From Candidatus Bathyarchaeia archaeon (lineage in GTDB: Archaea; Thermoproteota; Bathyarchaeia; Bathyarchaeales; Bathycorpusculaceae), in NCBI GenBank assembly GCA_038883655.1, contig JAVZLQ010000003.1, positions 64,001-128,000 of the forward strand: a stretch of 64,000 bases of DNA, read 5' to 3'. Positions 29,945 to 40,671 of the stretch are shown piece after piece. Positions within the stretch are counted from its first letter, which is position 1. The number at the start of each line of letters is the position of its first letter. The translations under genes and the position numbers were made by a program. The notes under the pieces are model-generated. The model saw nothing but the letters and a program-made list of their open reading frames with translations, was not told where the DNA came from and ran no database searches.

Positions 29945-30679
29945 TTAGGGTTTTAGGGCGTCGCTTAGTCCTCTCTCCTTTATTTGCAGAAGGCAAGCAC
30001 ATTGCTTCGGTGCTTTGGCGCCCTTCTCGATTATCGCCTTAATTGTTCTCGGGTTTTCTGTCGGTTTCATTGCGATTATTATTTCAGCCCAGAACTTTAA
30101 CACTCTCGTGGCAACAGGCTCCACGCTCACGTATCCTTCTTCAAAGGCACTCCTGACCTGGCTTGTCACCAAAATTGCAATTTTATTTGTTTTCGCTAAT
30201 TGCGCAAGCAACCCCATATGCCTATTTAACTCGCGGTTCAGCTCAAACGTCTTTTGCGGATTTTCAGCGATTCTGGCGCTGTAAAGCGAGGTAACAGTGT
30301 CAACAACCACAAGTCCAAAATGTTTTGTAACATAATCATTTAAATGGTCCACAACAAACGTTTGCTCTTGAAAGCTGCGCGGCTTCATCAAAATAATCAA
30401 TTCCGCAATCTTGTTAAGCTTTCCAGCCGCAATCTGGGACAGCCTTCGCGAAGAAAAAGTGTCATCGCAGTCCACAAACAAAATTTTGTAGCCTTGCATT
30501 GCACAGTTTACAACCACTTGCATCGCCAAAGTTGTTTTTCCAGTTTCTGCCTCTCCATAAACTAAAGTGAGACTTTTTGTTGGTATACCTCCCTCTAAAG
30601 AGTTGTCGATGACTTTGCAGCCTGTTGGAATTTTTTGTAGCACGTCTATGCACATCAACGAATATAAGTCTCGAAACAA
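29945..30679 (-). CDS. radB: RadB-like RecA-family ATPase
   Basis: IPTGC..D..L.GG, YGEAETGKT, VVDTVTSLY, TSQVR; lacks the RadA N-terminal domain. Start probably nearer 30643. Confidence 0.8.
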   Translation of the reverse strand: MFRDLYSLMCIDVLQKIPTGCKVIDNSLEGGIPTKSLTLVYGEAETGKTTLAMQVVVNCAMQGYKILFVDCDDTFSSRRLSQIAAGKLNKIAELIILMKPRSFQEQTFVVDHLNDYVTKHFGLVVVDTVTSLYSARIAENPQKTFELNRELNRHMGLLAQLAKTNKIAILVTSQVRSAFEEGYVSVEPVATRVLKFWAEIIIAMKPTENPRTIKAIIEKGAKAPKQCACLLQIKERGLSDALKP

Positions 30680-30720
30680 ATAATTTGTTTTGTGCTTATG
30701 TGCATTTAAAAGGAGATGTT

Positions 30721-31365
30721 ATGAAGGCAAATATTGCGGTTGCAACGACCTCTGGAAAAGCGTATTACCTAATTGTGAATGAGTTGAAGAGGAGAAATTT
30801 GCCCTTTTTGAGTCTAATTCCAAACGAGGATATTCCAGTAGAGGTAAAAATCGTTTTAACTACGGAGAAAGAGCGCCCACTCATAAAGCATGAAAATGTT
30901 TTAACCTACAAAGAAGGAACCGAACCAGAGGAATTTGTAAACGAGGCTCTGCGCTTCATTCATGGAAAAGAAGAGTACGAACGGCTTGTTATAGGCGTCG
31001 ATCCAGGCGAAATTTTCGGACTTGCAGTTTTGGCTGATGGAAAAGTCGTTGAGACTGAAAACTGCGTCAGCGTTGAAGAAACAGTTGAAAAAATAATGAA
31101 GTTTTTGAAGAGTTTTGAGAAGATATCCGTCGCCTCAATTTCCGTGAAAGTTGGCGATGGTGTGCCAGTCTATAAGGAAAAGCTTTTAGAGTTGCTTGAT
31201 GATGCATTACCTCTAAACGTTACATTAGAAAGCGTTAGTGAAGTTGGAACAGATCGCTACCTTAGCAGAACAAAACATAGGCGCGGGTTAAGAGACATAA
31301 TTTCAGCGATAAGAATTGCTGGGAGAAATGGACAAAAATTTCCAAGGAGGAAAGCGCGTGATTAA
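30721..31365 (+). CDS. Hypothetical protein with RNase H-like (YqgF/RuvX-like) domain
   Basis: IGVDPG..FGLAV, VKVGDG, VSEVGT, DIISAIRIA. Confidence 0.6.
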   Translation: MKANIAVATTSGKAYYLIVNELKRRNLPFLSLIPNEDIPVEVKIVLTTEKERPLIKHENVLTYKEGTEPEEFVNEALRFIHGKEEYERLVIGVDPGEIFGLAVLADGKVVETENCVSVEETVEKIMKFLKSFEKISVASISVKVGDGVPVYKEKLLELLDDALPLNVTLESVSEVGTDRYLSRTKHRRGLRDIISAIRIAGRNGQKFPRRKARD

Positions 31366-32671
31366 GACTGTTGAAAAGGGCAGAACACTGTTGGTTGATG
31401 GACCAGCATCCGTTACGGTCACGTCTGGCTTAGTGGACGTGTTCGGTGCGGTGATAAGTGGGAAAAGCAAAGTTGTGATACGCGAGGGAAAAAGACTGCC
31501 ATTTACTGCAGAGGAAAAAACGGAATTCGACATCTCTCTAGGCGAAAACGCAAGCGTGGAAGAAGTTGATGGAAACACGATTCCCCATTCATGGAATGAA
31601 GCATTTAACGAAGTTTTAAAGATCAAAGAGAGACCCACAGTATTAATGGTTATTGGAAACGTGGACTCTGGAAAGTCAAGTTTCTGCACTTACATAGTAA
31701 ATAGACTTTTGAATGAAAAGTACAAAGTTGCAGTTTTAGACGGTGATTTGGGGCAGTCAGATATAGGACCACCATGCTCGGTCGCCTACAACTTTGTAAC
31801 AAAATTAATGACAGACCTCTTCAACTTGGAGGCGAAAAACGCATTTTTCGTTGGAGTAACATCTCCAAGCTCAGCAATTGACAAGGTAATCGAAGGCTTG
31901 GTCTCTCTAAAAAAGGAGATTCTTGATGGCAACCCAGACTTTATTGTCGTGAATACTGACGGTTGGATTGAAGGCGAAGACGCCGTCAACTATAAGATTA
32001 GACTCGTGAACGAACTCATGCCTAACATAGTTTTGTGCATCAAACAAGGCGACGAGATAACCCCCCTAATAAACGCTCTAGAAGACTTTAGAAAACTTGT
32101 TGTCGAATCGCCTCGAGCCATAAAACAGAGAAGCAGAGAAAAACGCAAGAGTCTAAGGGAGCTTGGATACATAAAATATTTGAAGAACGCTAAGGTGCAA
32201 TCGATCCCGTTAAGCTGGATCAACATCGAGGGAAACGAGCTTCTCAATTTAAGCAAAATTTCTGAAAAAAGCAAGAGGGCGAGAATCATTTACGATTTAC
32301 TGGGGATGAAGCCATTGCATTTTGTGGAGTTGAAAGACAAAATTTATGTTGTTATAGGTAAAAGTCGATGGATAAATGATGAAAATGTTAGAAGGGTCGA
32401 GCAGTTCGTCGAAAAAAGGGTTGAAGTAATCCGAAAAGGGCAAGAGGAAGGAGCGCTTACAGCCCTATACAGTAGCGAAAGAAAATTTTTAGGGATAGGC
32501 GTTCTGCAAGAGGTCGACTATCTTAGAAAAACACTAAAAATTCTTACACCCGTGTCAAAGGAAATTGCGACAATAGTTGTTGGGAAGGTTAAGCTTGACA
32601 AGAATTTAAAGGAAACCCCGTTCTTTGAAAATGCGAGTCCGCAAAATTACCCGTTCATACAAAGGCTCTGA
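31358..32671 (+). CDS. Clp1/Grc3/Nol9-family polynucleotide 5'-OH kinase
   Basis: GNVDSGKSS Walker A, DGDLGQSDIGPP, VNTDGW, RSREKRKSLR lid; N-terminal beta domain. Confidence 0.88.
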   Translation: MIKTVEKGRTLLVDGPASVTVTSGLVDVFGAVISGKSKVVIREGKRLPFTAEEKTEFDISLGENASVEEVDGNTIPHSWNEAFNEVLKIKERPTVLMVIGNVDSGKSSFCTYIVNRLLNEKYKVAVLDGDLGQSDIGPPCSVAYNFVTKLMTDLFNLEAKNAFFVGVTSPSSAIDKVIEGLVSLKKEILDGNPDFIVVNTDGWIEGEDAVNYKIRLVNELMPNIVLCIKQGDEITPLINALEDFRKLVVESPRAIKQRSREKRKSLRELGYIKYLKNAKVQSIPLSWINIEGNELLNLSKISEKSKRARIIYDLLGMKPLHFVELKDKIYVVIGKSRWINDENVRRVEQFVEKRVEVIRKGQEEGALTALYSSERKFLGIGVLQEVDYLRKTLKILTPVSKEIATIVVGKVKLDKNLKETPFFENASPQNYPFIQRL

Positions 32672-32676
32672 GGAGC

Positions 32677-33342
32677 TTAATTAACGCTTTTCAAAATTTT
32701 CGGGCAGAGTGCATTTACCACGCATTGTGCGCACAACGGTTTTTTTGCTCTGCAATATTTTCTTCCAAGCAAAATCAACAAAATGTGCACATCTAAATAA
32801 TCCTCTTGGTTATAAAGCAATTGCAAAGATCCACGCACAACCTCATAGTCGCCAACTTGGGGGGCTAAACCAAGCCTTCGCGCAACACGATTAATATGCG
32901 TGTCAACTGGTATCGTCGGCTTCTTTGAACAGAAAAGCAGTACGACATCAGCCGTTTTAGGTCCAACCCCTGGAAGCTGCAAAAGTTTTTTACGTGCTTC
33001 CTCGAGTGGCAGTGATAAAATTTGGTTTATGTCTCCGCGAAATTTTTCAGATATGATTTTTGATGCACTTTTTATTGTTTTGGCTTTATTCCTATACAGT
33101 CCAGCCACTTTCAAGCATTCTTCAATTTGTCGTGTTTCAGCCTTCGCCAAAATTTCGGGCTTTATTTGGAAGCGCTTCGAAAGATTTTCGAAAGCCCTAG
33201 CAGTGTTCCTGTCGGCAGTGTTTTGTGAAATTATCGTTATAATCAAAGTTTCAAAGGGGTCGTTCCTCGATGAAATCCACTTTGGCTTCGTAAATGATTT
33301 GCGGAGAATTTGAAGTATCCTTTCAGCTCTCTCCTTTGTCAT
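32677..33342 (-). CDS. nth: Endonuclease III (HhH-GPD, 4Fe-4S)
   Basis: ISQNT.D, LPGVGPKTA, VDTH, C-x6-C-x2-C-x5-C. Confidence 0.92.
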   Translation of the reverse strand: MTKERAERILQILRKSFTKPKWISSRNDPFETLIITIISQNTADRNTARAFENLSKRFQIKPEILAKAETRQIEECLKVAGLYRNKAKTIKSASKIISEKFRGDINQILSLPLEEARKKLLQLPGVGPKTADVVLLFCSKKPTIPVDTHINRVARRLGLAPQVGDYEVVRGSLQLLYNQEDYLDVHILLILLGRKYCRAKKPLCAQCVVNALCPKILKSVN

Positions 33343-33416
33343 GCGCTTGCCTCAACATTTTGAAAATAATAAATAGTGAATCGTAAAGCTATAAATAAGC
33401 GACGGAGAAAAGCCTC

Positions 33417-33788
33417 ATGGAACGCGCAAAAATCGTGAAAGAAGAAATCATCGAGCAGAATGTGCATTTTTTGGCAATATGTATGGAGACAAAAAACGCG
33501 TTTCTAATCCTACTAAGCGAGAGAGAAGACAAACTTGGAACGCTCGCCGTAGCAGTTCCAAAAACTGGAGACATGCCAGGACCAGTTTCATCATCCGTCC
33601 TTTTAGGCGACAAAAACGCGATTTCAGCCCGCATGTTCGCAGAGTATTTAGCTTCACGGAAAAAAAAGATAGCCCTTGTTTCTGTCTACCTTGAAACGCT
33701 TAGCGAAATGCAAGCACAATCGATTTTTATGCGTCTAATCGAAAAGGTCACTCATCAAGCATCTGGGAAAGAGGGGACAACCGTATGA
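33417..33788 (+). CDS. Hypothetical protein, possibly proteasome assembly chaperone 4-like
   Basis: LGTLAVAVP...SS.LLG......R..A..LA......VS pattern recalled from the PAC4/POC4 family. Confidence 0.45.
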   Translation: MERAKIVKEEIIEQNVHFLAICMETKNAFLILLSEREDKLGTLAVAVPKTGDMPGPVSSSVLLGDKNAISARMFAEYLASRKKKIALVSVYLETLSEMQAQSIFMRLIEKVTHQASGKEGTTV

Positions 33789-35125
33789 GCCTTAGAGATT
33801 TTCTTGAAAAAATGGAAAACGAGAAAGAAGTTTTGCACATAAAGGACGAGGTTTCAACAAAATTTGAAATTCCTTACATAATGAAAAAGTTTGACAATCA
33901 AGGTCCAATTCTGCTCTTTGAAAAGGTCAAGGATTACAAGACAAAGATTATTGCAAACGTTTGCGGAAAAAGAAGCAGAATATGCAAAGCGCTCGGCATA
34001 AGCCAAGAGCAACTCTATCAGCATTTAGCCAACGCCTGGCTTTCGCCTAAAAAGCCGAAAATTGTTTCAGACGGACAAGTAAAAGAGGTTGCCAAAAAAG
34101 ATTTGTCAAATATTCCCGTTTTGACTCATTTCGAAAAGGATGTTGGTCCATATTTCACTTCGGCGGTTGTTTACGCCAAAAGTGTTGATGGTACGGTTGA
34201 GAATGTTTCTGTGCATAGACTTCAAGTTTTGGATAAGAATCACTTGGCTATTCGTTTGGTTCCAAGACATCTTTTCAAGCTTTGGCAGATGGCAAAAGAG
34301 GCAAATAGAGACTTGGAAGCTTCAATCTCCGTTGGCGTTCATCCAGCAGTCATGCTTGCGGCATCCTCGCCCCTACCATTTGGTGTTAATGAATTTGAGG
34401 TGGCGAACACGCTCATGGATGGAAGACTTCGCCTAATAGAATGCGAGCATATTGACGCGTATGCGCCAGCAGATGCGGAGCTTGTTCTTGAAGGCATAAT
34501 CTCCGTAACAAAGGAGGTTACAGAGGGACCGTTCGTTGACATAACTGGAACGTACGACATGCAGAGAAAACAACCCGTCGTTAAAATTGTGGGCGTAATG
34601 CATAGAAAAGACTACTTTTACCAAGCGCTTTTGCCTTCTGGAGCTGAACATAAACTTCTGATGGGCTTGCCACGCGAAGTACTCATTTGGGAAGCAGTTT
34701 CAAAGGTTGTGCCAAAGGTTTACGCGGTAAATCTCTCGGAAGGCGGAAGCGGATGGCTCCACGCAATCATATCCATCGAAAAACAGCTTGACGGGGACGG
34801 AAAAAACGCTTTGCTAGCTGCTTTTGCGGCGCATCCAAGCCTAAAGCATGCTGTTGTTGTGGACTCGGATATAAACGTCTTTGATATCCATGATGTTGAA
34901 TGGGCTATTGCAACACGCTTTCAAGCATCAGAAGACCTAATTGTCATAAGTAACGCGCGCGGCTCCACCTTGGACTCATCAGCAGACCAAGAGACTGGGT
35001 TAACTACTAAAATGGGGATTGACGCCACAAGACCATTCAACAAACCTAAAGAAAAGTTTGAAAGAGCAAAAATACCAACAAGTAAAGATGTCGAAAAAGT
35101 GTTGGAAAAGCTGTTAAAACAGTGA
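33785..35125 (+). CDS. UbiD-family prFMN decarboxylase (probable anhydromevalonate phosphate decarboxylase)
   Basis: N.SVHR, AELVLEG, EGPF.D.TG.Y, VVVDSDIN, EWAIATR, GS.LD.S, KMGIDAT. Confidence 0.88.
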   Translation: MSLRDFLEKMENEKEVLHIKDEVSTKFEIPYIMKKFDNQGPILLFEKVKDYKTKIIANVCGKRSRICKALGISQEQLYQHLANAWLSPKKPKIVSDGQVKEVAKKDLSNIPVLTHFEKDVGPYFTSAVVYAKSVDGTVENVSVHRLQVLDKNHLAIRLVPRHLFKLWQMAKEANRDLEASISVGVHPAVMLAASSPLPFGVNEFEVANTLMDGRLRLIECEHIDAYAPADAELVLEGIISVTKEVTEGPFVDITGTYDMQRKQPVVKIVGVMHRKDYFYQALLPSGAEHKLLMGLPREVLIWEAVSKVVPKVYAVNLSEGGSGWLHAIISIEKQLDGDGKNALLAAFAAHPSLKHAVVVDSDINVFDIHDVEWAIATRFQASEDLIVISNARGSTLDSSADQETGLTTKMGIDATRPFNKPKEKFERAKIPTSKDVEKVLEKLLKQ

Positions 35126-35191
35126 AGTAGAGAATCGCACACCATTTTATATATGACATTTACAGAAAAGATAGAGGAAGCTGGTGGTCCA

Positions 35192-35686
35192 TTGTCTGAA
35201 GAAACGGAAGAGGAGAAGGAAAGCGGACTGACATTAAAGGTTAGCGACGTAATGATAAAAGAAGTCATAACAATAGACGAAAACGCCACTGTTAAAGAGG
35301 CTGCTGAAATAATGAACAAGTTTGAAATAGGCTGCCTAATCGCTGTTAGGAGGGGCAAAGCGATGGGCATAATAACCGAAAGAGACCTTCTGAAAAGAGT
35401 CGTTGCAGAGGCGAGAGACGCAAGCAAAACGAAGGTTAAGGATATTATGTCAAGTCCACTGGTTGTTGTTGAGCCAAACATGGATTTGGAAGACGCTGTG
35501 AGGCTAATGTTTCAGATGAAGATTAAGAAGCTGCCAGTTGTTGAAGGGAAGCGCCTAGTAGGCTTGGTCTCCTTAACAGATATAGCGCGTTTCCAACCGC
35601 AAATGATAAAAATCCTTAAGCAACTTGCCGCGAGGCAAGCCCCTCCAAAAAGCATCAAAAAAGTCATAGACTACTATGTTGTCTAA
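35192..35686 (+). CDS. CBS-domain pair protein
   Basis: VSDVM..., GIITERD, VKDIMS, LPVV, GLVSLTDI. Confidence 0.88.
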   Translation: MSEETEEEKESGLTLKVSDVMIKEVITIDENATVKEAAEIMNKFEIGCLIAVRRGKAMGIITERDLLKRVVAEARDASKTKVKDIMSSPLVVVEPNMDLEDAVRLMFQMKIKKLPVVEGKRLVGLVSLTDIARFQPQMIKILKQLAARQAPPKSIKKVIDYYVV

Positions 35687-35753
35687 CCTCTGCCCTTTTG
35701 TTTTAACGCAAGAAGCTTAAATGCCACTTAGACCGCATTAATCTGGAGCAAAC

Positions 35754-36815
35754 GTGAAGCAAACATTAATACTAAAAGTTGATTCACAAAACCCAGAGCT
35801 AGAAAAAATACGCATAGCAGCAGACTTTATTAAAAAAGGCGGCTTAGTTGCCTTTCCAACAGAAACCGTTTATGGCTTAGGGGCGAATGCACTAAATGCA
35901 ACAGCGGTTCTAGCATTATTCGAGGCAAAAAGAAGACCATTAGACAACCCGCCAATAGTTCACGTTGAAAAAGCTGAAGAAGTCTATAGATTGGCAAGGC
36001 GTGTTCCAAAAAAAGCCGAAGAATTAATGGAAAAGTTTTGGCCCGGTCCATTAACGTTGATTTTTGAGCGTTCAGAAATTGTTCCAAGCGTAACCGTGGC
36101 TGGACTGGACACTATAGCGATTCGAATGCCACGGCATAATGTGGCTTTAGCTTTGCTTAGGGAAAGCCACTGCCCAATAGCCGCTCCAAGCGCAAACCTT
36201 GCCGGAAAGCCAAGTTCAACAAGTGCCGAGCATGTCCTTGAAGATTTGAATGGGAGAATAGACGCGGTTTTAGATGCTGGACCAACAAACATTGGTGTGG
36301 AATCCACAGTTTTGGATTTAACAAGCGACCCGCCGCAAATTCTCCGTCCAGGAGGAACACCATACGAAGAATTGAAGAAAGTTCTCGGAACAGTGGCGAT
36401 TCATCCAGTTGCAGTTGCGGATAGGGAAATACCAGTCGAAAAAGCCCGCTCGCCAGGCGTCAGACATAAACATTATGCACCAAAAGCTGAAGTTATTGTT
36501 GTTGAAGGAGAAGCCCAAGCGATTGTAAAGAAAGCAAGAGAATTAGCAGAACAGCACGCAAAGAGGGGTTTAAAGGTTGGTGTTCTCGCAACAGACGAAA
36601 CAGCTGCCCATTATGAAGGAGGCTATGTTGTCAAATCTTTGGGAAGCAGAAGAGATTTAGCGATAATAGCCAAAAACTTGTTTAGACTTTTAAGGGAGTT
36701 TGACATGGAAAATGTTGATGTTATAATTGCCGAGGGTGTATCATCTCACGGAATTGGCTTGGCTGTTATGAATAGGCTTCGTAAGGCTGCCGGATACAGA
36801 ATAGTTAAGGCTTAA
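35754..36815 (+). CDS. sua5: Threonylcarbamoyl-AMP synthase Sua5
   Basis: VAFPTETVYGLGA, K.RP.DNP, FWPGPLT, AAPSAN, GVEST, SPG..KHYAP, SUA5 C-terminal domain. Confidence 0.95.
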   Translation: MKQTLILKVDSQNPELEKIRIAADFIKKGGLVAFPTETVYGLGANALNATAVLALFEAKRRPLDNPPIVHVEKAEEVYRLARRVPKKAEELMEKFWPGPLTLIFERSEIVPSVTVAGLDTIAIRMPRHNVALALLRESHCPIAAPSANLAGKPSSTSAEHVLEDLNGRIDAVLDAGPTNIGVESTVLDLTSDPPQILRPGGTPYEELKKVLGTVAIHPVAVADREIPVEKARSPGVRHKHYAPKAEVIVVEGEAQAIVKKARELAEQHAKRGLKVGVLATDETAAHYEGGYVVKSLGSRRDLAIIAKNLFRLLREFDMENVDVIIAEGVSSHGIGLAVMNRLRKAAGYRIVKA

Positions 36816-36833
36816 GTTTTAACCGTCGGATTC

Positions 36834-36852
36834 TTCTAGAAATGTTTATATA
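36834..36852 (+). promoter_or_regulatory. Thermosome promoter: TTCTAGAA palindrome plus TATA box
   Basis: TTCTAGAA at 36834-36841 directly before TTTATATA at 36845-36852. Confidence 0.5.
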
Positions 36853-36922
36853 GAAGCGTTTTCCGTCTAAAATTTGCTTGTTTAACCTCACCTATCACAC
36901 CAAGAGTGTGGAGGTGATGGGA

Positions 36923-38572
36923 ATGGCTGTTGCACCTTCTGGAACTGTTCCGGTTTTAATATTGAAGGAAGGAACAAGCAGAACAAGCGGAAGGGAAGCC
37001 CAAAGAAACAACATTATGGCTGCGAAAATAATAGCTGAAACCATAAAAACGACTCTTGGGCCTCGCGGAATGGACAAGATGCTTGTCAGTAGTTTCGGTG
37101 ACGTGTCAATAACAAACGACGGCGCAACAATAATGAAGGAGCTTGACGTGCAACATCCAGCAGCAAAAATGCTCGTTGAAGTAGCCAAGGCACAGGATAA
37201 CGAAGTTGGCGACGGAACAACAACCGCCGTGGTTTTGGCTGGCGAGCTACTTTCGAAGGCTGAAAATCTCCTCGACCAGAACATCCACCCAACAGTGATT
37301 ATCGACGGCTACAAGAAGGCAAGCGAAAAAGCGCAGGAAGTTCTAGAGAGAATGGCAATTCCAGTAAGCATCAACGACGAAAAGCGCTTGACGGATGTCG
37401 CAGTGACATCTATGGGAAGCAAGGGAATAACCGTGGCAAAGGAACACTTTGCAAGGCTTGCAGTTGAAGCCGTCAAGCAGGTTGCAGAGGAGAAGGATGG
37501 GAAGTTAAAAGCGGACATTGACCTAATAAAGGTTCTAAAGAAGCATGGGAAAAGCTTAGATGAGACGGAACTTGTTAAGGGCATGGTCATCGACAAGGAA
37601 GTTGCACATCCGCAGATGCCCAAGATTGTTAATAATGCGAAAATTGCTCTGCTAAACGCGAAGCTTGAAATTGAGAAGACAGAATTCGACGCAAAAATCA
37701 ACATCGAAACTCCAGAACAGATGAAGCTTTTCCTGGACGAAGAAGAACGCATGCTCAAGGAAATGGTTGACAAAATCGCAGGGGCTGGCGCCAATGTGGT
37801 TTTCTGCGAAAAGGGCATCGATGATGTTGCATTGCATTTCTTGGCGAAACGAGGCATTTTAGCCGTTAAAAACGTTAGCAGCAGCGACATGGAGAAACTA
37901 TCCAAAGCCACTGGCGGAAAAATCGTTGCAAGCGTCAAGGAACTAACGCCAGACATGCTCGGAGAAGCAAGGACTGTTGAGGAGGTTAAAATCGGCGAGG
38001 ACAAACTCGTTTATGTGCGTGAATGCAAGAATCCAAAGGCTGTAACCATAGTCATCAGAGGCGGAACAGAACACGTTATAGACGAGGCTGAACGTTCGCT
38101 TCATGACGCACTTTGTGTTGTAAGAAACGCCATTGAAGATGGAAAAATAGTTCCGGGCGGTGGTGCACCAGAAGCAGAAGTCGCCAAGCAGCTTAGAGAT
38201 TACGCTGTTAAAGTGGGCGGAAGAGAACAACTAGCCATAGAGGCGTTTGCGGATGCCGTTGAGTCCATTCCATTGACGTTGGCAGAAAATGCGGGGTTAG
38301 ACCCAATCGACATAATGGTAGCATTAAGAGCCAAACACGAAAACGCTGCAAGTCCATCATACGGCGTCGACGTTTTCTCTGGAAAAATCAAGGACATGCT
38401 AGAGCTAAATGTTGTCGAGCCTTTAAGAGTTAAGCAGCAAGTCATCAAGTCAGCAACTGAAGCCGCCAACATGATACTGAAGATCGACGATTTAATTGCT
38501 GCTAAGGGCATGGAGAAGGAGAAGGAAGGAAAGAAGCCGTCCAAAGAACCTTCAGAGTTCGGCGAAGACTAA
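36923..38572 (+). CDS. Thermosome (group II chaperonin) subunit
   Basis: [28 protein letters not shown]; GGAGGTG SD. Confidence 0.96.
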   Translation: MAVAPSGTVPVLILKEGTSRTSGREAQRNNIMAAKIIAETIKTTLGPRGMDKMLVSSFGDVSITNDGATIMKELDVQHPAAKMLVEVAKAQDNEVGDGTTTAVVLAGELLSKAENLLDQNIHPTVIIDGYKKASEKAQEVLERMAIPVSINDEKRLTDVAVTSMGSKGITVAKEHFARLAVEAVKQVAEEKDGKLKADIDLIKVLKKHGKSLDETELVKGMVIDKEVAHPQMPKIVNNAKIALLNAKLEIEKTEFDAKINIETPEQMKLFLDEEERMLKEMVDKIAGAGANVVFCEKGIDDVALHFLAKRGILAVKNVSSSDMEKLSKATGGKIVASVKELTPDMLGEARTVEEVKIGEDKLVYVRECKNPKAVTIVIRGGTEHVIDEAERSLHDALCVVRNAIEDGKIVPGGGAPEAEVAKQLRDYAVKVGGREQLAIEAFADAVESIPLTLAENAGLDPIDIMVALRAKHENAASPSYGVDVFSGKIKDMLELNVVEPLRVKQQVIKSATEAANMILKIDDLIAAKGMEKEKEGKKPSKEPSEFGED

Positions 38573-38682
38573 AACCTTCATTTTCCACAATTTTTCTGTT
38601 GCGATAACGCTTCGCGATTTCGGCTTTTACTAAAGAGTTTTATACCATGTTATGTTTTCACGTTTAGTAAGGTGAAGAAAAT

Positions 38683-38946
38683 TTGAAGGTTAGCTGGCGA
38701 ATCTTGGTTTTAGCTGTAGTTATCGGCGTTTGCATAACGACACTTACTGGTTTTGTCGAAAACAAGTCAAGCGGCATTATTATCCCAGAAAACAAGTGCT
38801 ATGGATTTCCAGTGGTTTGGCGAATAAGCGACGCGTTTACGGGCGAAAAAATCTTGTATTACGAATTTTTCCTTGATTTCTTGTTCTGGATTACAATAGC
38901 CGCAATTATAATTTTACTACTGAAAACTGTGAGCCGCCTACTTTAA
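38683..38946 (+). CDS. Small 2-TM hypothetical protein
   Basis: Two hydrophobic segments flanking YGFP; GGTGA SD. Confidence 0.6.
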   Translation: MKVSWRILVLAVVIGVCITTLTGFVENKSSGIIIPENKCYGFPVVWRISDAFTGEKILYYEFFLDFLFWITIAAIIILLLKTVSRLL

Positions 38947-40596
38947 CATCGGCATTTTAATGCCCTTTTCTTTGGCGATTTTCCGTGCCTTCTCATAACC
39001 TGCATCTGCATGGCGTACTATGGCTGTTCCCGGATCTGTTGTTAGAACCGTTGTTATGCGTTTTTCTACTTCCTTTGTGCCGTCAGCCACCAAACACATG
39101 CCAGCGTGTATGCTGTAGCCTATTCCTACGCCTCCGCCGTGGTGGACGCTGACCCATGTGGCTCCGCCTACGGCGTTAATCAAAGCGTTGAGTAGTGGCC
39201 AGTCTGCAACCGCGTCACTTCCGTCCATCATGCCTTCTGTTTCGCGGTTTGGTGATGCAACGCTACCGCCGTCTAGGTGGTCTCGTCCGATCCATACTGG
39301 ACCGCTGATTTTACCGCTTGCCACCATGTCATTCATTATTTTGCCGAAGCGGGCTCTCTCGCCGAAGCCAAGCCAGCAAACCCTCGCTGGCAAGCCTTGA
39401 AACTTAACTTTTTCTTTTGCTTTTCTTATCCATCGGCACAACTCCCTATTATAAGCGAACTCCCTTAAGATAACATCGTCAAGCGTGTAAATGTCTTCAG
39501 CACTGCCAACAAGTGATGTCCAGCGAAACGGCCCTCTTCCCTCGCAGAACATTGGTCTAATATAGCGTTGGACGAAACCTGGATATGCGAATGCTCTTTT
39601 GAAACCGGCGTTGTATGCTTGTTGGCGGAGGTTGTTGCCGTACTCGAATGTTATGGCACCTTTCTCCATCATCTTAACCATAGTTTCTACTTGTAGGCGC
39701 ATGCTCTCGCTTGCACGGCGCAGATATTCTTGCGGGTCATTTTTTCTAAGCTCGTCTGCCTCCTCCTTCGACAAGCCCGCCGGATAATAGCCATTTAACG
39801 GGTCATGGGCGGATGTTTGGTCTGTTAAAATGTCTGGTATTATGCCTCTCCGCAGTAGTTCTGGATGCACCTCTGCTGCGTTGCCAAGTAGACCTATGCT
39901 TCTTGGTAAGCCTTCTCTTTTTGCTTCTAAAGCTAGTTTGATGGCTTCGTCGAGGTCGTCTGTCCACACTTCCAAATAGCCATGTCTAAGCCTTCGTTCA
40001 ATTGCCCTCTTATCAATTTCAACAATTAAAGCAACGCCTTCATTCATTGTAACCGCCAATGGTTGAGCGCCACCCATTTCGCCTAAACCAGCGGTTAAAA
40101 CAAGTCTACCCTTTAAGGAGCCGCCAAAATGTTCTCTGGCAACAGCAGCAAGCGTTTCATATGTGCCTTGCAATATGCCTTGCGTTCCGATGTATGCCCA
40201 TGAACCAGCAGTCATCTGTCCAAACATGATTAATCCCTTTTGTTCAAGCTCGTAGAAGTAGTCCCATGTAGCCCATTTTGGCACAAGCATGGCGTTAACA
40301 ATTAGGGCTCTTGGAGCCCACTCGTGAGTTTTAAAAACGGCAACTGGTTTGCCGCTTTGGACGAGCATGGTCTCGTCTGGTTCAAGCTCGATTAGGGTTT
40401 CAACAATTTTTTTAAAGCATTCCCAGTTCCGCGCAGCCTTGCCAGTTCCACCATAAACAATAAGCTTTTCAGGGTCTTTCGCCACTTCAGGGTCAACAAC
40501 GTTAAAGAGCATTCGTAGGATTCCTTCAATCTGCCAGTTCTTACAGTGCAGCTCATGCCCAGTTAAAACCTTAACTGGCTTTTCAATTTTAAGCAC
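38938..40596 (-). CDS. hutU: Urocanate hydratase
   Basis: [62 protein letters not shown]. Confidence 0.97.
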   Translation of the reverse strand: MLKIEKPVKVLTGHELHCKNWQIEGILRMLFNVVDPEVAKDPEKLIVYGGTGKAARNWECFKKIVETLIELEPDETMLVQSGKPVAVFKTHEWAPRALIVNAMLVPKWATWDYFYELEQKGLIMFGQMTAGSWAYIGTQGILQGTYETLAAVAREHFGGSLKGRLVLTAGLGEMGGAQPLAVTMNEGVALIVEIDKRAIERRLRHGYLEVWTDDLDEAIKLALEAKREGLPRSIGLLGNAAEVHPELLRRGIIPDILTDQTSAHDPLNGYYPAGLSKEEADELRKNDPQEYLRRASESMRLQVETMVKMMEKGAITFEYGNNLRQQAYNAGFKRAFAYPGFVQRYIRPMFCEGRGPFRWTSLVGSAEDIYTLDDVILREFAYNRELCRWIRKAKEKVKFQGLPARVCWLGFGERARFGKIMNDMVASGKISGPVWIGRDHLDGGSVASPNRETEGMMDGSDAVADWPLLNALINAVGGATWVSVHHGGGVGIGYSIHAGMCLVADGTKEVEKRITTVLTTDPGTAIVRHADAGYEKARKIAKEKGIKMPMLK

Positions 40597-40671
40597 TTTT
40601 CCACCGTCATAAACTAAAGCAGAAACACTCTATATGTTTTGCTAAATTGTCGAAGTTTACTAAAACCGTTA

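Noticed and set aside
37309-38004. Long antisense ORF (231 aa) and similar shadow ORFs opposite the thermosomes, aIF5B, CBS, moeA and hut genes
   Set aside because: Ser-rich mirror translations of well-supported sense genes with no motifs of their own.
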